Positions 63,999 through 64,000 of a stretch of 64,000 bases of DNA are shown here, one piece after another. The notes beneath the pieces are model-generated. The model was not told the origin of the DNA. It saw nothing but the letters and a program-made list of their open reading frames with translations, and searched no databases. Origin of the DNA: Antedon mediterranea (lineage: Eukaryota > Animalia > Echinodermata). Location: contig NC_092673.1 of the NCBI RefSeq assembly GCF_964355755.1, forward strand, positions 32,237,648-32,301,647. Reading direction: 5' to 3'. The translations under genes and the position numbers were made by a program. How positions within the stretch are numbered: the first letter of the stretch is position 1; each line of letters opens with the position of its first letter.

Positions 63999-64000
63999 CA

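Overview
AT-rich, intron-containing animal genomic DNA; probably an invertebrate deuterostome such as an echinoderm, inferred only from gene content and repeat style. Five protein genes can be reconstructed by hand from GT-AG exons with consistent reading frame: TTF1-like Myb protein (minus strand, runs off the left edge), mitochondrial arginyl-tRNA synthetase RARS2, DR1/NC2-beta, ADAMTSL2-like, and the large 3' exon of an AJM1-like gene (minus strand, runs off the right edge). The ~18 kb between the head-to-head TTF1 and RARS2 genes is almost all inverted-repeat DNA. It holds a near-identical copy of the RARS2 3' end, split by a 6.3-kb Academ-like foldback that itself carries a nested Academ-like element with a decayed ORF. 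It also holds a palindromic array of hairpin units and an 8.1-kb foldback element whose arms are inverted arrays of a 101-bp hairpin repeat and whose right end abuts the RARS2 start. Many non-autonomous DNA transposons are present (Kolobok-, Harbinger-, Mutator-, hAT- and Helentron-like). Tiny 17+17-bp hairpins with 7-bp target duplications look like P-element excision footprints. No intact transposase, CRISPR array, rRNA or functional tRNA was seen. I found no clearly new enzymatic system; the novel signals are structural and transposon-related. Family assignments come from termini, target site duplications (TSDs) and remembered motifs, not from database searches.
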